From positions 1-15,646 of the forward strand of contig CAXBPH010000160.1 in the NCBI GenBank assembly GCA_963977445.1: a DNA stretch of 15,646 nucleotides. The letters run 5' to 3'. How positions within the stretch are numbered: the first letter of the stretch is position 1; every line of letters starts with the position of its first letter. Under the pieces are notes generated by a model that searched no databases, was not told the DNA's origin, and saw only the letters and a program-made list of their open reading frames with translations. The DNA is from an uncultured bacterium. GTDB lineage: Bacteria; Hydrogenedentota; Hydrogenedentia; Hydrogenedentales; JAEUWI01. Shown here one piece after another: positions 8,092-14,481 of this stretch. A program made the position numbers and the translations under genes.

Positions 8092-9441
8092 TTAACGAAC
8101 GCCACGTGGACCGGCACCGCCGCCCCGCAGGCGACGACCACCTTTCATCAGGCGTTTCATCATTTTCTTCATCTTCTCAAAATCTTTCAGCAGCCGATTC
8201 ACTTCCTGAACGGAAGTGCCGCTGCCCAGTGCGATGCGCTTACGGCGGCTACCATTAATGATCTTCGGACGGTGCCGTTCTTTGGGCGTCATCGAAAGTA
8301 TGATCGCTTCCGTATACTTCAGCTCCTCCTCCGCCGCGTCATTCATGCTGTCCATATCAGGACCAAGCATCTTGCCCATACCGGGGATCTTTTTCATGAG
8401 ATCGCCCATAGAGCCCATTTTCTTCACTTGACGCATCTGCGTGAGGAAGTCATCCAGATCGAGGTCGCCTTTTTTGACCTTCTTCTGGAATTTAACCGCC
8501 TCCTCCTTATCCACCACCTCCTGGGCCTTCTCCACCAGCGATACGATATCGCCCATACCCAGAATCTGATCGGCCATACGACGGGGATGGAATACATCCA
8601 ACGCATCGAGTTTTTCGCCGACACCCACAAACTTGATGGGGCAACCCGTAACTTCAATCAGGCTGATGGCCGCACCACCGCGGGCGTCACCGTCCATCTG
8701 GGTCAGCACTACACCCGTCAAGGGCAAGGTTTCATTAAACAGTTTGGCCGAATTCACGGCATCCTGGCCCGTCATTGCGTTCGCAACAAAGAGCACTTCG
8801 TGAGGCTTTACCTGGGCGTGTATGCGCCGCAGCTCCTCCATCATCGTTCCGTCGACGTGAAGACGTCCCGCCGTATCCAGAATGATGACATCGCAGCCAC
8901 GCATCTGCGCTTCGCCGCGGGCCATCAGGCAGGTATCCACCGGATCGGCATGCTCACCCAGACTGAACGACTCAACGCCCACCTGCTCCGCCACCACTTC
9001 CAGCTGCTTTATGGCCGCCGGACGATATACGTCAGCACCAACCAGCAAAGGACTCCGGCCTTTTTTCTTGAGCTGAAGCGCAAGCTTACCGGAAGTCGTC
9101 GTCTTACCTTGTCCCTGCAGACCCACCATCATGATGATGGTCGGTGCTTTGTCCGCCATCGTCAGGGGGACACTGCTGGAGCCCATGATATCTACCAGGG
9201 CTTCGTGAACGATCTTTACGATCTGCTGGCCCGGCGAAACGCTGTCGAGCACTTTTTCACCGGAGGCCGTCTCTGTAATGTCGTCGATAAATTTCTTAAC
9301 GACATTGAAATTAACATCAGCCTCCAGCAACGCAAGCCGAATTTCCTTCAGCGCGTCTGCCATATTCGCTTCGGTCAGGCGCCCCTGACCGCGAATATTC
9401 TTAAAGGCCGATTCTAATTTCTTGGAAAGACTTTCAAACAT
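8092..9441 (-). CDS. ffh: Signal recognition particle protein Ffh
   Basis: MFESLS, ALLEADVN, GLQGxGKTT, DVYRPAA, DTAGR, DARGGAA, M domain with IILSMTPKER and SRRKRIALGSG, and a Met-rich tail. Confidence 0.99.
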   Translation of the reverse strand: MFESLSKKLESAFKNIRGQGRLTEANMADALKEIRLALLEADVNFNVVKKFIDDITETASGEKVLDSVSPGQQIVKIVHEALVDIMGSSSVPLTMADKAPTIIMMVGLQGQGKTTTSGKLALQLKKKGRSPLLVGADVYRPAAIKQLEVVAEQVGVESFSLGEHADPVDTCLMARGEAQMRGCDVIILDTAGRLHVDGTMMEELRRIHAQVKPHEVLFVANAMTGQDAVNSAKLFNETLPLTGVVLTQMDGDARGGAAISLIEVTGCPIKFVGVGEKLDALDVFHPRRMADQILGMGDIVSLVEKAQEVVDKEEAVKFQKKVKKGDLDLDDFLTQMRQVKKMGSMGDLMKKIPGMGKMLGPDMDSMNDAAEEELKYTEAIILSMTPKERHRPKIINGSRRKRIALGSGTSVQEVNRLLKDFEKMKKMMKRLMKGGRRLRGGGAGPRGVR

Positions 9442-9468
9442 AATGCCACATCAATACGCGCCGGGCGG

Positions 9469-10080
9469 TCAGCCCAGAATCGCGTGTCGCCCTCCACGGG
9501 GATCCGAATCGGAATCTCCCCTACCCAAGTATCGGATCAGGCGATCAACTTGTTCACCGTTGATGGCCACATCGTGCTTATCACTCATCTGCATGGAAAG
9601 ACAGGCTTGAAAACGCCGGCGCTGACGGAGATCCGCCCCAATTCGCAGGGGGCGATCACTGGTCAGGCCCATCGCATTGCGCAAGCGCCCGATGGAAGCC
9701 AGGTTCTGGCCGCCCATACGGTTGTCCAGTTCTTTAACGTCCCAACGGCGATGACCCAGCTCAACAGATTGGCCTACACCCATACGAACGTCAGGCCAGG
9801 CATCGGCTACGGTATCATCCCGCTCGAGTCCAGGCGTTTCATCCAGGAGGGCGTGAAGCTCATCCGCCAACATAGCACCCGACATTTCCGGGGCCCGACG
9901 GACGCGATCCAGTACCAGATCAACGAACTGGCGATGACAATCTTCGCGCACTTCGGCTTCCTGGAGACAAATCTTCAGCGCACCGAGACACGCACCAAGC
10001 AGGGCAATCGACACCACGTCGGCTGCCCGTAACTCCGTGAGAATCGCATCGACACGGCTATAAAATGACTTATCAAACAT
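9469..10080 (-). CDS. Hypothetical protein (203 aa) upstream of ffh
   Basis: Long ATG-initiated ORF that fills the gap, co-oriented with ffh and ending 27 nt before it, downstream of a good promoter. Protein-like amphipathic composition. No recognisable motif and only a weak SD. Confidence 0.7.
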   Translation of the reverse strand: MFDKSFYSRVDAILTELRAADVVSIALLGACLGALKICLQEAEVREDCHRQFVDLVLDRVRRAPEMSGAMLADELHALLDETPGLERDDTVADAWPDVRMGVGQSVELGHRRWDVKELDNRMGGQNLASIGRLRNAMGLTSDRPLRIGADLRQRRRFQACLSMQMSDKHDVAINGEQVDRLIRYLGRGDSDSDPRGGRHAILG

Positions 10081-10109
10081 TGTAAAGGGGGAGTCTCTTT
10101 ATTATTCAG

Positions 10110-10165
10110 AAAAACGACGGGTCACAATCCGCTGTCGAGAGACAGATCGCTCCTGTGACCGGTCG
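10110..10165 (-). other. Extended hairpin in the 5' leader of the hypothetical-ffh unit (candidate cis-regulatory RNA or attenuator)
   Basis: Nested stems CGAC/GTCG, GGTCACA/TGTGACC and CTGTC/GACAG with a 4-nt loop and an asymmetric internal loop, followed by T5 on the minus strand. Confidence 0.55.
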
Positions 10166-10168
10166 GGA

Positions 10169-10198
10169 AGTATAGCATGCCCTCACAATATTGTTCAA
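10169..10198 (-). promoter_or_regulatory. Sigma70-type promoter for the hypothetical-ffh unit
   Basis: Minus strand reads TTGAAC-N18-TATACT with an extended -10 TG (TGcTATACT). Confidence 0.65.
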
Positions 10199-10400
10199 GT
10201 GACCTGCACCATTCAATTTAGGAGTACGTTGGGTCCTCCCCATCCACCCCCCATCGCTTCATTCAGCAACGCACCCGCCCGCCAACTCTGCGGTTTGCCA
10301 CCACCCCTAACTACCGTAAAAATAAACACTTGCGTCTGAAGGTCGTCAAAAGCTAGCATAAGCATCGAATAAACGAGGGCGTCAGGGGTAGTATAAGCAC

Positions 10401-10985
10401 ATGATAGAGCAAATTACATACGATGAGCAGGAAATCATCGCTGCGGCCGTCCTCGGAGACCGCCTGGCCTTCGGCAACCTCGTCCGCTTATACCAGCGCC
10501 GGGCCTACGCCGCCGCCTACACCTTCGTGGGCAACCGCGACGATGCGCTGGAATTGTCGCAGGATTCTTTCATAAAGGCCTTTCGCGCGATGAAGCGCTT
10601 TGATGTAAGTATGCCTTTTTATCCCTGGCTCCATCGAATCATACGCAATACGAGTCTGAACTACTTGAAAAAGAAGAAACGGCGTGGTGAATCCTCGCTG
10701 GATCTGATGATGGAGAGTGGTTTCGATGCACAGGACCCGGGCCATACCCCGCTGGATACGGCTAATCGAAGCGAATTACTCCAGCAAATTGAATTTGCCA
10801 TGACGTCATTGACTGCCGAACAGCAGGAAATCCTTCGGCTGCGCCACTTCATGGAATTGTCCTATGGTGAAATCGCCGCCGCCCTGAATATCCCCCAGGG
10901 TACAGTTATGTCGCGACTTCACAGCGCGCGAAAAAAACTGAAAGTCGTCCTGGAATCCCACAGCAAGGAGCCAGCCGCCGTCTAG
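10401..10985 (+). CDS. ECF RNA polymerase sigma factor (sigma-70 family, group 4)
   Basis: Region 2 'GD..AF..LV..YQ...DALELSQDSFIKAF...FYPWLHRI.RN'; region 4 'L..EQQEIL.LR....LSYGEIA..LNIPQGTVMSRLHSARKKL'. Confidence 0.97.
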   Translation: MIEQITYDEQEIIAAAVLGDRLAFGNLVRLYQRRAYAAAYTFVGNRDDALELSQDSFIKAFRAMKRFDVSMPFYPWLHRIIRNTSLNYLKKKKRRGESSLDLMMESGFDAQDPGHTPLDTANRSELLQQIEFAMTSLTAEQQEILRLRHFMELSYGEIAAALNIPQGTVMSRLHSARKKLKVVLESHSKEPAAV

Positions 10986-11112
10986 TCATGAGAACTTGTC
11001 CACAGCAGTACAAACGCCACGACGCCCTCGACACCGTCCGGACCGCCCATGGAAGGGCACCGGACGCGTTGCCAATTTTTGATGCGCCAGGCATTCAGAA
11101 AGGAGCGACATT

Positions 11113-11559
11113 GTGAGTCGATGCGAAAACCACTATCGAGTCCTGATTTCCGGGCTACTCGACGATGAGCTCGGCAGTGAAGAAAAGGCTGAGTTAGAAG
11201 CCCATCTGGAAACATGCCCGGGCTGCCAACGGGAGCTGAGCAGTATGCGCCGCCTGTTTACGGGCACATCAGAAGCCTTTTGCGGCGAGGAGCTACCAAA
11301 AGAAACCTGGGATTCCTTCCTCGATAACATATACAATCGGCTGGAACGAAAGACGGGCTGGGTCCTGCTTATCGTGGGTGCCCTTTGTCTTACGCTCTTC
11401 GGAACGTACGTCTTTATTGCTGAGCCTTGGGGATCCGCCTTGATCAAGACACTCGTCGCTACGCCCATAATCGGGCTGACATTGCTCTTCGTCTCGGTGC
11501 TCCGTCAACGCCTCGAAGACCTGAAGACGGATCGCTACACCAGGGAGGTCCATCGGTGA
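11113..11559 (+). CDS. Zinc-finger (zf-HC2 / ZAS) anti-sigma factor with two TM helices
   Basis: 'C......LISGLLDDEL...E...LEAHLETCPGC' (HxxxCxxC) followed by two hydrophobic helices. GTG start with SD AGGAG (11101-11105); lies downstream of the ECF sigma gene. Confidence 0.92.
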   Translation: MSRCENHYRVLISGLLDDELGSEEKAELEAHLETCPGCQRELSSMRRLFTGTSEAFCGEELPKETWDSFLDNIYNRLERKTGWVLLIVGALCLTLFGTYVFIAEPWGSALIKTLVATPIIGLTLLFVSVLRQRLEDLKTDRYTREVHR

Positions 11560-11885
11560 TAGTTACTACCACACCTGACATACCAGGAAAAAATGTCACC
11601 AAGACCTTTGGCATGGTCCGGGGAAGCACCGTTCGTGCGAAGCACCTGGGGAAAGACATCCTCGCCTTTTTTCGAAATCTCGTCGGCGGAGAGATTCCCG
11701 AATACTCAAAAATGCTTGCCGAGTCACGGGAGCAGGCCCTCGATAGAATGATGTCGGACGCCAAACAACTCGGGGCCAATGCCGTCGTCTGCGCGCGGTA
11801 CAGCACCTCCCACATTACGACCGGTGCCGCCGAAATTCTGGTCTATGGCACGGCCGTCCTGGTGGAAAACATCAAAAAAGATTAG
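11556..11885 (+). CDS. YbjQ / UPF0145 family protein (109 aa)
   Basis: (M)IVTTTPDIPG...GMVRGSTVRAKHLGKDI.A..RNLVGGEI.EY..ML.ESRE.AL.RM...A..LGANAVV...EILVYGTAV. I moved the start to GTG at 11556, which overlaps the anti-sigma stop (GTGA) and has a GGGAGG SD. Confidence 0.94.
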   Translation: MIVTTTPDIPGKNVTKTFGMVRGSTVRAKHLGKDILAFFRNLVGGEIPEYSKMLAESREQALDRMMSDAKQLGANAVVCARYSTSHITTGAAEILVYGTAVLVENIKKD

Positions 11886-11904
11886 CCGTCCCTTGCGGCA
11901 GGGC

Positions 11905-14259
11905 TCAGTCCAGCGTCTCGATGGTACCGCGCTCCACCACAACCAACCGCTCGCCCTTGGTCAGGGTAATTGTATTGTGGGCAGGGTTGTATTCGCTGAT
12001 GATCCACTCCCCGTGGACCGTATCGCCGATCTGAAACTGGAGTTGCCGCTCGGTCCCATCGGATTGGTGAATCACCACCGAAAAAATCGGACTGGAAGCC
12101 TTGGCATCGAGCACCCCCTTCAACTCAATATCCACCCCCTTGGGCGCACTTGGCGTGGGCGGCGGGGTAGCGTTGAGATCGACTCCGGACGCAGGCGAAA
12201 CAACGGGCGGCGGGGGATCCAATTGAAAGGTGTGTCGCTGCGCCATAATTCCACGCCAGGCCGGAATCAATTGGAGTCGGTATATTCCCGGAGGAAGTTC
12301 GTACCCAAATACAGCTTCACCATCTGGAGCCACGGCCAGCCCCATGGCGGCACTGAATTCCGCCTTGTTGCCTGCCACATCTACCCATAAGGGCGCACCG
12401 GCATCTGCCCAGGAATTGGCGCCCACCTTATATTCAAGCAGGTAGGACGCGGTGGCTTCATGGGACGCCTGATTGCCACCTATCCAGAAATCGGCATGGC
12501 CGTTATTGGCCACGGGCACCTGAACGTCGTAGGTGCCGGATGCGGCAAGCAGTGAAATCCGGGGTGTACCCAATTGGGGCTGGGGCTTGAAAAGCCCAAA
12601 GAAATCGCTCAACAGCACAAGGGCGATTGCTGTTCCACCGATGAGGTTGGCTACAGCCAGCCAGCGAATACGACCCACTGTCATCAGAGACCAGCAAGCG
12701 GCCATACCCAATACGATCCAACCACTGACGGACAAAATCCCCGACAGCGACCGCCACCAGGAATCGTCGAACACGGAGCCATCACCACCGAGACTACGAC
12801 GGAGATACAAGGCACCAACCAGGGTCAGCGCAAGCCAGAGGATATTGAGGACGATTCCCCGAACCGGGCGAACGACGATAGTTGCCGCCACACCCGCAAG
12901 GGTCGCCAGGAGGAAGAGGGCCACCGTGGGCACCGTAAACGCAGAGGCCACACCGCCGGGCGTCTGGCTGGCAACGGGAATCAATATCTTCCCAATCAGC
13001 AGGGAACTTCCCCCCCAGGCAAGCCACGAATCCGCACCAAGCCCGCGAAACACGCCGGGACTCGCAAGGCGCTCCAGGAAGGTCCCATGGGGATTGGGCA
13101 CGTCGGAAACGGCATTTGCATTCAGCGCACGGCTCGCCATGTTCCGCGCCCGCTTCACATCCACCTGGGTGCGGCATATCGCTTCCTCCAGACGCCTGAA
13201 GACATCCTGGGCGATCGCGGCGGACTTAAGCTGGCTCGCCATGAAATCCTGATATTTTTTGAGTGCCTTGGAATCTTCTTCGCAGTCCTGGATAACCTGC
13301 TCCAGCCGACCGCGATAAAAGGCTACGGCCGTCCGCGTACGTTGTCGTTCTGCTTCCGTATCGGCACGGCGACGTCCGAGTTCATCGACTGTAATAATCC
13401 CATCAAGGCCCATACGGTGGAGTTCGTTCAGTAACTTATCCGAACGCTCACGGTCTCGCAGGGCACGTTCCAGTCGGGATACGGCATTTTCTATGGGGAG
13501 CCCACTGATTTCGTCGTCCAGCGGAAAGGTGCCGTTTGCCAGATCCATAGGCACATCAGCCAGCGAGACATCATCCAATCCACCGGCCATATGGGGATCT
13601 TCCGTCGCCAGCCAGCCCCGCAGATTCTGTTGACGGTAAACCAGCACTTCCCGGCGCTTTCGAAGGGGCAGGGCCGACTTGCTGTAGGCCACGTGCTCCA
13701 CATCACCCGTCTTAAGCGCGATTTGCAATGCCGTAAGAGAATCCCGGTTGTCCTGCAATTCCGCAGCAACCGAGATGAGTTCGTCCCGTATGGAGCCTTC
13801 GAGTTGCTGCCGGGCCTGGCGGGCCAGCCCCCGGTAACTCATCAGGGTCGCTTTGTCCAATTCGACGGGGCGCCCTTCCCGTATGCACTGTAATTGCGCC
13901 CGAACGGCGTGCTCATAGTTGCAGAGTTTCCGGATGGGCTCAAATCGCTCAAAGGCCACCGCGGCCAATTGACCACTGTCTCCCCCCAGCAATACGTCGT
14001 CCCGCTCTTGCTCACTCCGGGACTCTTCGTTCACTTCGGCAAGATCCGACGGTGCACGCCCCGGTTTCCGCAGAAATTCCGGGCGATCTTTCAGGTGGAT
14101 GACCAGCTCATCGGGGCCGAGCTCCGTTTCGGAAGGGATTCGGATTTTCTGGCGGCACGCGACACACTTTCCCGGCTTTCCCAGGGAATCGCTGGAAACT
14201 TTCATTTTCTGGCCGCAAAGGCAGTAGATTCTCAGTTCAAACGGTTTGGCTTCGGGCAT
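11905..14259 (-). CDS. Multidomain hypothetical membrane protein (784 aa): Zn ribbon, coiled coil, ~5 TM, extracytoplasmic beta domains
   Basis: CxCG-x16-CxxC at the N-terminus, a long charged helical region, a hydrophobic block at aa ~412-556, a Pro-rich linker and a beta-rich C-terminal domain. SD AAGGA upstream of the ATG. Confidence 0.85.
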   Translation of the reverse strand: MPEAKPFELRIYCLCGQKMKVSSDSLGKPGKCVACRQKIRIPSETELGPDELVIHLKDRPEFLRKPGRAPSDLAEVNEESRSEQERDDVLLGGDSGQLAAVAFERFEPIRKLCNYEHAVRAQLQCIREGRPVELDKATLMSYRGLARQARQQLEGSIRDELISVAAELQDNRDSLTALQIALKTGDVEHVAYSKSALPLRKRREVLVYRQQNLRGWLATEDPHMAGGLDDVSLADVPMDLANGTFPLDDEISGLPIENAVSRLERALRDRERSDKLLNELHRMGLDGIITVDELGRRRADTEAERQRTRTAVAFYRGRLEQVIQDCEEDSKALKKYQDFMASQLKSAAIAQDVFRRLEEAICRTQVDVKRARNMASRALNANAVSDVPNPHGTFLERLASPGVFRGLGADSWLAWGGSSLLIGKILIPVASQTPGGVASAFTVPTVALFLLATLAGVAATIVVRPVRGIVLNILWLALTLVGALYLRRSLGGDGSVFDDSWWRSLSGILSVSGWIVLGMAACWSLMTVGRIRWLAVANLIGGTAIALVLLSDFFGLFKPQPQLGTPRISLLAASGTYDVQVPVANNGHADFWIGGNQASHEATASYLLEYKVGANSWADAGAPLWVDVAGNKAEFSAAMGLAVAPDGEAVFGYELPPGIYRLQLIPAWRGIMAQRHTFQLDPPPPVVSPASGVDLNATPPPTPSAPKGVDIELKGVLDAKASSPIFSVVIHQSDGTERQLQFQIGDTVHGEWIISEYNPAHNTITLTKGERLVVVERGTIETLD

Positions 14260-14285
14260 AAGTACATCCTTGCTGGGTCGGCATT

Positions 14286-14314
14286 ACGATATCGCGTCCT
14301 ACGTAGAAATGCAA
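14286..14314 (-). promoter_or_regulatory. Candidate sigma70 promoter for the 784-aa gene
   Basis: Minus strand reads TTGCAT-N17-TATCGT, about 26 nt upstream of the ATG. Confidence 0.45.
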
Positions 14315-14481
14315 GTCATGCGACAGGGGATTCACGGTGCTTTCGGCCGGTATGCATGATGATGGTTGGGTTACTGCGCCTCGGGACTCCGAAACGTGCA
14401 AATCGAGGTATGACTTTATTTCAACGGGGCGAACGCGGTACCATATGGCCTTGCAATCCCCCTTAACCGGAGAAATATACC

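Noticed and set aside
8272..9417. 381-aa plus-strand ORF, and similar long antisense ORFs at 731-1492, 3404-4180, 4346-5218, 5567-6367, 9484-10032 and 12574-13434
   Set aside because: They lie opposite better-supported genes, carry no motifs, and are expected in high-GC DNA.
10132..10145. CTGTCTCT / AGAGACAG resembling a Tn5 mosaic end or Nextera adapter
   Set aside because: Only 8 nt match, the rest of the 19-bp end is absent, and the sequence is explained by the hairpin.
10110..10168. SRP RNA (ffs) near ffh
   Set aside because: Lacks the conserved CAGG...GGAA...AGCAG domain IV motif and is too short.
10230..10310. G-rich minus-strand tract as a G-quadruplex
   Set aside because: G-runs are irregular and mostly two-tier; explained by strand compositional skew.
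10996..11004. DnaA-box-like TTGTCCACA
   Set aside because: Single copy, with no cluster or AT-rich unwinding element; compatible with chance.
11427..11555. ORF-track N-terminal extension of the YbjQ gene
   Set aside because: It overlaps the anti-sigma gene; family homology begins at GTG 11556, which has its own SD.
14315..14390. Possible ZTP (pfl) riboswitch upstream of glyA (TCATGC/GCATGA stem, 'GCGAC', later 'CGCCTCGGG')
   Set aside because: The key GACUGGCG junction reads GACAGGGG, so the pseudoknot with CGCC cannot form, and the 3' CGCCUGGGC hairpin is not intact. A cmscan would settle it.
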